Positions 9,761-18,147 of a DNA stretch of 64,000 nucleotides are shown in pieces. Each line of letters opens with the position of its first letter. Within the stretch, counting starts at the first letter, position 1. Origin of the DNA: an uncultured Desulfobulbia bacterium (GTDB lineage: Bacteria > Desulfobacterota > Desulfobulbia > Desulfobulbales > CG2-30-60-27); assembly GCA_964443295.1 (NCBI GenBank), contig CAYUCH010000002.1, positions 13,374 to 77,373 on the forward strand, in the 5' to 3' direction. A program made the translations under genes and the position numbers. The notes beneath the pieces were generated by a model. It was not told the DNA's origin and made no database searches. It saw nothing but the letters and a program-made list of their open reading frames with translations.

Positions 9761-11290
9761 TTATCCTTCATTATGCGCGGCCCCAACCGGATCTGCCAGA
9801 CCTTGAACCACTGACTCCATGCCCATTGCCCTTGAACCTTTGACAAGTATCCAATCACCTTCAGCAATGCCCCCAAGGACAAACAATTTTTTTATCACAT
9901 CTATGGCAGCCTGATTGTTCTCAAGCACCTTGGCCTTATGTTTTTCAAAACCAGCTTCCCTTGCTCCTTCAATTGTCTTTTGAGCAAAATCCCCTACTGC
10001 ATACAGTGCATCACAATTTTTTTTCACCGCTTCCTCGCCTAGGTTTCGATGGGCAGAAACACTTTCACGGCCCAACTCCAACATGTCTCCGAGTATGGCA
10101 ATTTTTCTCTTCTCCCCGGCAAGATCTCTTAATACTGCAAGCGCTGCAGCCATTGATCCAGGATTGGCATTATATGTATCATTAATGATTTTAATTCCAT
10201 CCAAGGTTTGCAATATTTCCAACCTCCCAGCTGCAGGAGCGACTTCACCTATTCCATCTGCAATTGAATCTACATCCAAACCTGCAGCCATAGCCATTGC
10301 CGCTGCAGCTAGACTGTTCTGTACATTATGCACGCCAGGATAATGACTAGAAATCCTCCTCTTTTCGCCCCCTACATGAAGGGTAAAGGCCATGCCCTGC
10401 TCTCCCAAACTTCGAATGTGGGTAGCCCTGACCTCTGCTTTCGATGCAAGACCAAAAGTGATTTTTTTATTTTTTAAAGGAGCAGCCAGATCACATACTT
10501 TAGGATCGTCCAAATTCACAATAAGTACAGCCAAATCACTTAAGCCATCAAACAGTTCTCCTTTGGCCCGGGCCACACCATCAAGATCTCCCAATCCCTC
10601 AAGATGTGCTTTCTGTACATTGGTAATGCAGGCGATGTCAGGATCAGCAATTTCTGTTAGACGAGCTATTTCGCCGGGTTGGTTCATACCCATTTCCATA
10701 ACTGCCATATCATGGGAAGTATTCACAGGCAGAAGTGACAGTGGCAAACCGATCAGGTTATTCCAGTTTCCTGTTGTTTTTATGACCTGATAACGTCGAT
10801 TAATAATGGCTGCCACCATATCTTTAACCGTTGTTTTTCCAGAACTTCCTGTTATTGCCAGTACCTGAAGGGAGGGCAAAGAAAGTCGTCGAAAAGCAGC
10901 CATATCTCCAAGGGCCTGCAAGGTATCTTCCACAAGAATAACGGGCATACGTGGCATTGGTTGAAAGTCACGACTGACCACCAATGCTGCCGCTCCACAC
11001 TTACGTGCTTCTTCAAGAAAGTTGTGTCCATCAAAGCGCTCACCCTTTAAGGCAACAAAGATATCACCATCTTTAATACTTCGGGTGTCAGTGCACACAT
11101 CTCCCAAATCCGGCTCATGGTATCCACCGAGAAGATGGCCTCCTGTTGCTACTAAAAGCGAGGCAACATCCCATCTAGGAATTAAACGCGTTTTCATGAG
11201 GTCTGACGGGGAAGACTCTTTCATTTTTGGATAATTACTCCACGGGACCTGCCTACATGGTCCCAAGCCAGCTTCTGATAAACTCACCAT
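9761..11290 (-). CDS. murF: UDP-MurNAc-tripeptide--D-alanyl-D-alanine ligase MurF; N-terminal extension, start uncertain
   Basis: Contains an ITGSSGKTTVKDM P-loop and Mur ligase middle and C-terminal domains. It overlaps the murE stop by 7 nt. Confidence 0.9.
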   Translation of the reverse strand: MVSLSEAGLGPCRQVPWSNYPKMKESSPSDLMKTRLIPRWDVASLLVATGGHLLGGYHEPDLGDVCTDTRSIKDGDIFVALKGERFDGHNFLEEARKCGAAALVVSRDFQPMPRMPVILVEDTLQALGDMAAFRRLSLPSLQVLAITGSSGKTTVKDMVAAIINRRYQVIKTTGNWNNLIGLPLSLLPVNTSHDMAVMEMGMNQPGEIARLTEIADPDIACITNVQKAHLEGLGDLDGVARAKGELFDGLSDLAVLIVNLDDPKVCDLAAPLKNKKITFGLASKAEVRATHIRSLGEQGMAFTLHVGGEKRRISSHYPGVHNVQNSLAAAAMAMAAGLDVDSIADGIGEVAPAAGRLEILQTLDGIKIINDTYNANPGSMAAALAVLRDLAGEKRKIAILGDMLELGRESVSAHRNLGEEAVKKNCDALYAVGDFAQKTIEGAREAGFEKHKAKVLENNQAAIDVIKKLFVLGGIAEGDWILVKGSRAMGMESVVQGLADPVGAAHNEG

Positions 11291-12909
11291 TGAATAATCC
11301 GGTTCTGCTTTACCGCCTCTAATCGATCGTCAAAAAAACAACGGCCATTTTGAGATATTTGATAATCCTCATGACCCTTACCACTTATTAAAACAACGTC
11401 TTTTGGTCCGGCATTCTGAGTTGCACACTGAATGGCCTCTCGCCTTGACTCAATCACGTCAAAACCACGGCGACTCTCTTTTGCAAATATCCATTCCGCT
11501 CTGTGGCGACTGAGAAGAGTAGCCAATACTCCCCGTTCAATTTGATTCAAAATTGTCCCGGGATTCTCTGATCGTGGATTATCCGAAGTGAGCAAAACCA
11601 CATCAGCCAACCTCCCAGCGACCTTTCCCATTATCGGCCGCTTACCAATATCACGGTCTCCCCCGCACCCAAAAACGACTACCAGGCGTCCCACGGTGAT
11701 TTCTCTTAACGTCAATAAAACATTTTCCAAAGCATCCGGAGTATGGGCATAATCAACAAATATTTTCTTCCCAAATGGATTGCTTACTTGCTCTAAACGA
11801 CCTGGAACACTATCTACCGACGCCAGTCCTTTTGCCGCTTTTTTAGGATCAAGTCCCAGGGCGACTCCAACACCAATCGCTCCCATAATGTTATGAACAT
11901 TAAATGAGCCAACCAATTTAGATTGAATAGTCCATGGGCCACTGGGCGTATCTATTTTTGCTGATAATCCATGGGCCGTGATCCTATGCCTTTTTATAAC
12001 AATGGCTTGCTGATCAACTCCACAATCAAGAAGCTTCTTTGAAAATGATCTACGCTTTGTATTTCTATTCAAATCACGGATAAGGCGACTTCCCCAATCT
12101 TCATTGGTCGGCGTGTTCAGTCCTGTGAGCACAACTGCTGTTCCTTTATCCTTAAGATGTTCCGTGAATAGTAGTTTTTTATGGTCAAAGTACTCTTCCA
12201 TAGTTGCATGAAAATCAAGATGATCCCGGCTCAAGTTGGTGAACAGTGCCACATCAAATTCCAGGCCACTAATTCTCTTCTGACTTAATGCGTGGGAAGA
12301 GACTTCCATAACAGTATGGGTAACCCCCTTGTCGGCCATTCTCCGCAATAGACTTTGCATGGCTACCGGTTCTGGAGTGGTAAGCGGTGCATCTTCGTGA
12401 ACACCGCCATACCGATAATTAACTGTGCCGATTACTCCTACTTTGTTTCCAACACTTGCCAACATTGATTCCAAAAGATAACTCGTTGTGGTCTTGCCAT
12501 TTGTGCCGGTGATTCCAATCAAAGTCATATTTTCAGCAGGGTGATCATAAAACGCTGCTGAAATCTGCCCCAAAGCTTGTCTACAGTCGGCAACTATAAG
12601 CCAGCTGACACCCTGCTTTTTTACTGCCCTTGTTAAAAATGAGTCAGGAAATCGCCCCTCCTCAATAACCAATGCTGAACATCCTCGATCAATGGCATCT
12701 TCCACATAGGTATGTCCATCAAGATTTTGGCCCGGCAAGGCGACAAATAAGGTTCTGTTGTGCGCGTTTTGAGAGTTAAAGACAACCTCATCAATCGCCT
12801 TGCCTGGGACCACTCCCACCCCCCGATGGGCTACGTTTCGAAAGAGAGTCTGCAGTGTTTTTGCAGTTGTTTCCCTCTTGTTTTCGGTTCTTTTGTCGGC
12901 CTTTGCCAT
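11284..12909 (-). CDS. murE: UDP-MurNAc-L-Ala-D-Glu--2,6-diaminopimelate ligase MurE
   Basis: Contains a GITGTNGKTTTSYLL P-loop and a TSDNPRSE motif near the C-terminus. Confidence 0.92.
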   Translation of the reverse strand: MAKADKRTENKRETTAKTLQTLFRNVAHRGVGVVPGKAIDEVVFNSQNAHNRTLFVALPGQNLDGHTYVEDAIDRGCSALVIEEGRFPDSFLTRAVKKQGVSWLIVADCRQALGQISAAFYDHPAENMTLIGITGTNGKTTTSYLLESMLASVGNKVGVIGTVNYRYGGVHEDAPLTTPEPVAMQSLLRRMADKGVTHTVMEVSSHALSQKRISGLEFDVALFTNLSRDHLDFHATMEEYFDHKKLLFTEHLKDKGTAVVLTGLNTPTNEDWGSRLIRDLNRNTKRRSFSKKLLDCGVDQQAIVIKRHRITAHGLSAKIDTPSGPWTIQSKLVGSFNVHNIMGAIGVGVALGLDPKKAAKGLASVDSVPGRLEQVSNPFGKKIFVDYAHTPDALENVLLTLREITVGRLVVVFGCGGDRDIGKRPIMGKVAGRLADVVLLTSDNPRSENPGTILNQIERGVLATLLSRHRAEWIFAKESRRGFDVIESRREAIQCATQNAGPKDVVLISGKGHEDYQISQNGRCFFDDRLEAVKQNRIIQW

Positions 12910-12934
12910 GTTTCTCTTCCGCCGACCTCAATAC

Positions 12935-14914
12935 CTATTCATCCATTTGCAATTCAAGGAGACAATCGTTCCCTTTCAAGGAGCTACCAGCAGAGGGATA
13001 TTGTCTAACCACTCGGCCGGCACCGGTAATCCTAATTGCTAAATCGCAATCGCCCATTTTTTGCAGGGCCTTACGCAAGCTCATGCCTCTTACATCAGGC
13101 ATCTTATTCTCCCCCCGGAGAATTACCGGTACCGCCGAGCCTTTTTCTTGCTTCTTATCCTCTTGCCAGGAAGCGAAAATTTCTTTTTCTAGCTTCTTAA
13201 TTTCCTTTAAACTTGGCCTCCTGCTCTTTTCTCGATGCCATTTTAGAAATGGTTTTACTGCTGAGAACATTTCTCTTCTTGCAATAGATTCCATATTGAG
13301 ATCAACAATTGCTCCATCCAAGACTACCAGCATGGTGATCTCTGGGTTATATACAGGTGCTACACCAAGCAAAATTCCTTGGTATTTTTTTTCATCAACC
13401 AAATCTCGCTTTTCTCCACCCTGTGAAAGCAGAACATTTTCTGCTGGACCTCTCTTTTCTTGCAGCTCAACTAAGGACTCAAAAAACACTGATCCACCAG
13501 GCCCTTTTCCGGCGATTTCAGCAAAATAATCCAGAATTCCATTGTGGTGCGCAGCAGGAAATGACTGGATATTTGAAATTCCTTCTTTGTACCGTGAAGA
13601 CTCATACAATGAACTGTCTGACCAAAGTGAACTAACAAGGTGTGGACGCAAATCCTGTTGGCCACTTATTAGACCCGAAAAGGCAGTGAGCAGGTGGATA
13701 GCTGTTGTCTTGCCTTCTCTTTTGAACAAGGAAAAATCCGTCGCTGAATCGTTTGTATCCTTTAGAGAGCTTTCATCACTTGGTAAATCAATTGTACTTT
13801 TTTTATCTGTACTGAGCTTTAACTCCAATTCCTCCAAAACGTATTGACTCACCTGCGGGTCAGGAAGCTCTGTGATTTCATGGGAGGCATACATTCCTGG
13901 CTGCACAAAGCTCCAAGCCATGTCACCATAAGGCGTCAGGGAGCGCATTTCTTTTGTTTGTTGTGGCAGCAACACTTTTGCGACAACACCACTGCTTTCG
14001 TCTGAATTTGCAGCATAGCCTGGCACACCTGCCTGAGTTGCCGCCCCCAAGCGAAAGATTCGCCGCATTTCCCCTGGGTCAATACCCATGGTTAGTATCC
14101 TATTTTCCAACAAATCCACGTCATACTCCCAAAATCGATTGGGATTAAATGAGGGCAGATTCGCTAAGGCTAGAATCTCTCCTGTTTGTGGATTCATAAG
14201 CAAACCCATGGCCTGATCGGCCAACGTGTCCTGCATTATTGCTTTCAGTTTTTTCTCAAATAACTTTTGGCTCCGTATATCTATACTCAGGACTAAACTA
14301 CCTGGATTGTTTTGAGATATTGACTCTTCCCATGCCACATTCTCAACTCCAGCACCCACTGGAGTTTCCCCACGTAAAACCGAATCATATTGTGATTCCA
14401 GCCCTGATAATCCCTGTTCATTTTGTTGAAATCCGATCACATGAGCCCCACTGTGTTTTTGGGGATAATACCGAACAAAATCATCAACCAACCGGATACC
14501 ATCATAGCCCATACCCTGTACTTGTCTGGCTATTTCAGGGGTTATACTGCTGGCCAACCAAACAAACCCCCTTGTGGACCTAAACTCTCTCCGTAATGCG
14601 TCTTCCTCCCAATTTAAAACTGGCGCCAACCTTTTTGCAGCTAAATCAGGATCATCCAACGCGAGTGGTCTTGCAAACATTGAAACAAGGCGAAAACTTA
14701 CTGCCAATGGTTCAAAATTCCGGTCAAAAATACTTCCTCTAACGGGTGGTACATTTATTTCACCTTGGCGCTCGGTTATTGAACCGTATTGCAATTCTGA
14801 TTCACACCCGGTAGGTCCAATACGCGAAACCAAAACCAAGCCTATCAGGACTAAAATCGCTATAGCGAGCCAGATAACTGTTTTTGATTTTCTGACCCGA
14901 GCCTGACCACCCAT
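12935..14914 (-). CDS. ftsI: FtsI/PBP3-like class B penicillin-binding protein homologue with a PASTA domain; catalytic motifs appear degenerate
   Basis: Has an N-terminal TM helix and a PBP dimerisation block (RGSIFDRNFEPLAVS...YYPQKHSGAHVIGF...GLSGLESQYD). The block LALANLPSFNPN...ENRILTMGIDPGEMRRIF sits where FEPGSTxKP is expected. The C-terminus reads MPDVRGMSLRKALQKMGDCDLAIRITGAGRVVRQYPSAGSSLKGNDCLLEL, which is PASTA-like. Confidence 0.8.
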   Translation of the reverse strand: MGGQARVRKSKTVIWLAIAILVLIGLVLVSRIGPTGCESELQYGSITERQGEINVPPVRGSIFDRNFEPLAVSFRLVSMFARPLALDDPDLAAKRLAPVLNWEEDALRREFRSTRGFVWLASSITPEIARQVQGMGYDGIRLVDDFVRYYPQKHSGAHVIGFQQNEQGLSGLESQYDSVLRGETPVGAGVENVAWEESISQNNPGSLVLSIDIRSQKLFEKKLKAIMQDTLADQAMGLLMNPQTGEILALANLPSFNPNRFWEYDVDLLENRILTMGIDPGEMRRIFRLGAATQAGVPGYAANSDESSGVVAKVLLPQQTKEMRSLTPYGDMAWSFVQPGMYASHEITELPDPQVSQYVLEELELKLSTDKKSTIDLPSDESSLKDTNDSATDFSLFKREGKTTAIHLLTAFSGLISGQQDLRPHLVSSLWSDSSLYESSRYKEGISNIQSFPAAHHNGILDYFAEIAGKGPGGSVFFESLVELQEKRGPAENVLLSQGGEKRDLVDEKKYQGILLGVAPVYNPEITMLVVLDGAIVDLNMESIARREMFSAVKPFLKWHREKSRRPSLKEIKKLEKEIFASWQEDKKQEKGSAVPVILRGENKMPDVRGMSLRKALQKMGDCDLAIRITGAGRVVRQYPSAGSSLKGNDCLLELQMDE

Positions 14915-14923
14915 GGATCAGTC

Positions 14924-15310
14924 CTACAGTTTTATGACCTGATCTCCGTCAGGAGAAGTAAGCCCGTTTTTTTTAACAGCCTGTTCAATACGCTGCCGAC
15001 TCGCAAGTCCGTCACGTTTGACTAGTAATTCCTGCCCTTTTGACTCTAGTTGCCGATAATTTGCCTGTTGCAATGACAATTCTGCTTGGTCTTTTTTCAG
15101 CATGAGCCCCAGTGCAAAGCAACTCGTTAGAACCAAAGCCAATCCGGCTGCAACCCCCCAAACCAAAGCCTGTTTTACACTGCCCCCTTCAGCAGTATCT
15201 CGATACATACGAGAGGTGACCCGTTGTCTGTTCAGCATTACAGGTGAATATCGACGCGCATAATCGTAGTACACTTTACCCCCTTGCTTCTGCGACTCGC
15301 AGCCTTGCAC
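14924..15310 (-). CDS. ftsL: FtsL-like division protein (TM plus coiled coil); start uncertain (GTG at 15310 or Met at 15238)
   Basis: A single TM helix (ALVWGVAAGLALVLTSCFALGLML) is followed by a Q/L-rich helix. It lies between rsmH and ftsI. Confidence 0.7.
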   Translation of the reverse strand: MQGCESQKQGGKVYYDYARRYSPVMLNRQRVTSRMYRDTAEGGSVKQALVWGVAAGLALVLTSCFALGLMLKKDQAELSLQQANYRQLESKGQELLVKRDGLASRQRIEQAVKKNGLTSPDGDQVIKL

Positions 15311-16151
15311 TGCGAGATCTCACATTTTCTTGAATTTCATCTTCTGTCGGCCGTATGGGTTTTTTAGTTAATACCTGAAGACGTGAATCTTTTTGAAAAC
15401 AGCGCTTTACAAGTCTATCTTCCAAAGAGTGGAAGGAGATCACACAAAACCGCCCACCTTTTTTCAGCAGCCCAGGTCCTTCTGCCAGAATTTTCTGAAG
15501 GTTGTCCAGCTCTCCATTTACTGCTATGCGTAGTGCTTGAAAAACCTTTGTCGCCACGTGGATCTTGCGAGGGTGAAAACGCTTTGGAATTGCGGTTGAT
15601 ACAATTTTCACGAATTGATCCGTTGTTTCTATACTTTCCTTACGGCGTTCCTCAACAACCAAACTTGCAATTCTACGAGCCTGTCGCTCATCACCGTAAT
15701 AAAAAAAGATATCAGCCAGTTCCTCTTGACTTGATTTGTTAAGTAGGTCAGCTGCGGTTTTTTCTTTTCGTTGATCCATGCGCATGTCCAATGGTTCAGT
15801 TCCCTGAAAACTAAAACCACGCCCCCCCGCATCCAGCTGCAAAGAGGACAATCCAAGATCCAACAAGATCCCATCAACGGCAGTTATCTTCATTTCGGCC
15901 AGAGTTTCCTTGAGCGCCGCAAAATTGCCATGGACGGTTTGGACCCGTTTGCCAAAAGGTTCCAACCTTTCTCTGGCCAGGGCCATGGCCGATGCATCCC
16001 ATTCAAAAGCGATTAGTTGACCGGTTGGCTTGCAACGCTCAAGGATTCTGGCACTGTGTCCCCCCAGACCCAGATTACCGTCCACATAGGTGCCGCCATC
16101 TACTGGCGCTAATTGCTCTAGCACCTCTGCAACCATTACCGGTTTATGCAT
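15276..16151 (-). CDS. rsmH: 16S rRNA (cytosine1402-N4)-methyltransferase RsmH (MraW)
   Basis: Reads MHKPVMVAEVLEQLAP...YVDGNLGLGGHS...ISFHSLEDRLVK. Confidence 0.94.
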   Translation of the reverse strand: MHKPVMVAEVLEQLAPVDGGTYVDGNLGLGGHSARILERCKPTGQLIAFEWDASAMALARERLEPFGKRVQTVHGNFAALKETLAEMKITAVDGILLDLGLSSLQLDAGGRGFSFQGTEPLDMRMDQRKEKTAADLLNKSSQEELADIFFYYGDERQARRIASLVVEERRKESIETTDQFVKIVSTAIPKRFHPRKIHVATKVFQALRIAVNGELDNLQKILAEGPGLLKKGGRFCVISFHSLEDRLVKRCFQKDSRLQVLTKKPIRPTEDEIQENVRSRSARLRVAEARG

Positions 16152-16181
16152 CGTCCCTCGCGCGGGTAACCTCCCAAAAAA

Positions 16182-16655
16182 CTAGAACAGACCTAAGTCC
16201 AACAAGGTCTCTTCAAATTGTTCAAAATCATCAGGACCAGGCCGACCGACTTTCTCCCATATTGCCTTGTCCCAAATCTCAAAATACGTGAGCATGCCGT
16301 TAAACACTATTTCCTTACCAATACCGCCATCAGAACGAAGTTTGGCAGGAATGAGCACACGTCCCTGTTTGTCCAGGCTGCACTGTTCAGCTCCGGACAT
16401 CCAACGGATTAATTTCGTCATGCGGGGATTTTTTCTGTCTGTGGTCCGCAGGGTCATTTCTATCTCTTCCCACTGGGACAAGGGATAGGCGCGGAGGCAA
16501 TCATTCCAGGAAATAATCATAAGACGTTCGTCATATTGCCGGCGCAATACATCCCTGAAACGGCTGGCAATACTCAACCTTCCCTTATCATCTAGGACAT
16601 GATCCGAACGACCTCGAAAATGATTAACCGGCCCTCGAGGGCCTCCCTCTACCAT
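16182..16655 (-). CDS. mraZ: Transcriptional regulator MraZ
   Basis: Two SpoVT/AbrB-like halves, each with a DxxGR motif (LDDKGRLSIASRFR and LDKQGRVLIPAKLR). It is the first gene of the dcw cluster. Confidence 0.92.
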   Translation of the reverse strand: MVEGGPRGPVNHFRGRSDHVLDDKGRLSIASRFRDVLRRQYDERLMIISWNDCLRAYPLSQWEEIEMTLRTTDRKNPRMTKLIRWMSGAEQCSLDKQGRVLIPAKLRSDGGIGKEIVFNGMLTYFEIWDKAIWEKVGRPGPDDFEQFEETLLDLGLF

Positions 16656-16674
16656 AAAAAAACCTCTTTTGGCT

Positions 16675-16694
16675 TTTACCCCACTTTACCCCAC
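16675..16694 (-). promoter_or_regulatory. Candidate MraZ operator: two tandem 10-bp repeats (GTGGGGTAAA on the minus strand) just upstream of mraZ
   Basis: The plus strand reads TTTACCCCAC TTTACCCCAC at 16675-16684 and 16685-16694. A GTGGG-type repeat with 10-bp phasing matches what is described for MraZ boxes. A TATATA hexamer lies just upstream on the minus strand. Confidence 0.4.
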
Positions 16695-17116
16695 ACCTTT
16701 ATATAGAAATCCTATGGCAAGAGTGTCAAGGAAAAAAAATATTCTCTTATCTTTTTGATTTCACAAGATATTTACAAAGAACCACAATATATAGGCAGCC
16801 CAACCACCACCTACACCATATCTGGTATATGTGGACAAATCTCACTACCACTTCTGAAGCAAAAAAAAAATATTTTGTGAAATCAATGATATATAGGCAC
16901 CAAAAAACCTGCCGTTTAAAGTGGTGGGGGAAAATGGGATAGATTTCTTTTACACCTTAATAATCAGCAAAATTTATTCGCCAAACAGGTCCTTGCTTTA
17001 CAAATTGTAACCCCTGAGGTAAAAAAGCATCCTCACCAACTGTCCATTACAATATTGCAAAATGGTATTCTGTTTTTCGCCATTTTTTGCTGAATTAAAT
17101 TCATGAGGAAACGACC

Positions 17117-17869
17117 ATGCGAAAACTTACTAACATATTGTTTTTTTTGGTATTTCTAGCTGTTTGCATCCACCTTCCTGCTCTGGCCAAAAATCATCAA
17201 ACGGATTCTAAACTCACCAGCCAGACTCAAAAATACAGTTACAGTTATGGAATCGAAGTTGCTTCTCGAATGAAAAACCTCAAAACTGACTTTGACCTTG
17301 AAAGCCTTTACCAAGGGATTAATGACTTCTATACCGGCACAGATTTAGTTATTTCAATCGAAGAAGCAGTTAAAATCAGGAATGAATTCAACCGAAAACG
17401 AAATGAGGAAATGAGGAAGAACCTCGAGGAGCTTTCCAAAAGAAACCTCATTGAAAGTATGAAATTTCTGAGAGACAACAAAAAGGAAAAGGGAGTAATA
17501 GAGACCGAAACTGGACTACAGTACTTGGTTTTGAAAAAAGGAAACGGCCCACGGCCAAATCTTTCCGACAATGTCCAACTTCACTATATTGGCACCTTGC
17601 TCAATGGCACCGAATTCGACAACTCTAAAGCAAGGGGAAAGCCTCTACTTTTTCCGATGAAAGGAAGGAAAAATATTATTGAAGGCTGGACTGAAGGGGT
17701 TCAAAAAATGCGAGTTGGTAGCAAATACAAATTCTTCATACCTCCCAGTTTAGCCTATGGTGGCAGACAGGCTGGGCCGATAATTACACCAAACTCACTC
17801 CTCATTTTTGAAGTTGAGATGCTTGCCATTGAAGAAAAAAAACGCAAAAAAGAAGTATTAACTCATTGA
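17117..17869 (+). CDS. Exported FKBP-type peptidyl-prolyl cis-trans isomerase (FkpA/Mip-like)
   Basis: Has a signal peptide (ILFFLVFLAVCIHLPALA), an N-terminal helical domain and an FKBP core (GLQYLVLKKGNGPRP...VQLHYIGTLLNGTEFDNS...GWTEGVQKMRVGSKYKFFIPPSLAYG). An AGGAA Shine-Dalgarno sequence lies upstream. Confidence 0.88.
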   Translation: MRKLTNILFFLVFLAVCIHLPALAKNHQTDSKLTSQTQKYSYSYGIEVASRMKNLKTDFDLESLYQGINDFYTGTDLVISIEEAVKIRNEFNRKRNEEMRKNLEELSKRNLIESMKFLRDNKKEKGVIETETGLQYLVLKKGNGPRPNLSDNVQLHYIGTLLNGTEFDNSKARGKPLLFPMKGRKNIIEGWTEGVQKMRVGSKYKFFIPPSLAYGGRQAGPIITPNSLLIFEVEMLAIEEKKRKKEVLTH

Positions 17870-18147
17870 GTTCCTTCTTTTTGAATCAACCATTGAATTA
17901 TTTTACGCCTTTGATTCATAAAAGCGTTATTACCTTCTGTGAGTTCCAGAAAAGCCCGATAATTCCTTGTTGCGCCTTCAATTCGCCCTAGTATTTCAAA
18001 AGAATATCCCTTGTTGAGATAAATCTCCGGCATACCAGGTCCATGCCGCTGGGCTTCATAAAGTAATTGCAAGGCGAGATGATGTTTCTCCTGTTGCTGG
18101 GCCACAATTGCACGTTGAACCCATATATGGCCTTGTCGCCTCTGCAA
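17863..18147 (-). CDS. MshN-like protein, 3' portion (TPR repeats) in a different frame; probably the continuation of 18056..19069
   Basis: This 94-aa ORF has only a TTG start and overlaps the upstream ORF by 92 nt. It contains TPR-like sequence (HHLALQLLYEAQRHGPGMPEIYLNKGYSFEILGRIEGATRNYRAFLELT). Confidence 0.5.
   Translation of the reverse strand: MQRRQGHIWVQRAIVAQQQEKHHLALQLLYEAQRHGPGMPEIYLNKGYSFEILGRIEGATRNYRAFLELTEGNNAFMNQRRKIIQWLIQKEGTQ

Noticed and set aside
1079-16488. Dozens of 60-230-aa antisense or out-of-frame ORFs lie inside dcw genes, for example 1500..1952 +, 3450..4049 +, 5489..5995 +, 8074..8778 + and 12855..13529 +.
   Set aside because: All are nested within strongly supported long genes on the opposite strand. 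They have no Shine-Dalgarno sequence and skewed Ser/Pro/Arg composition typical of antisense frames.
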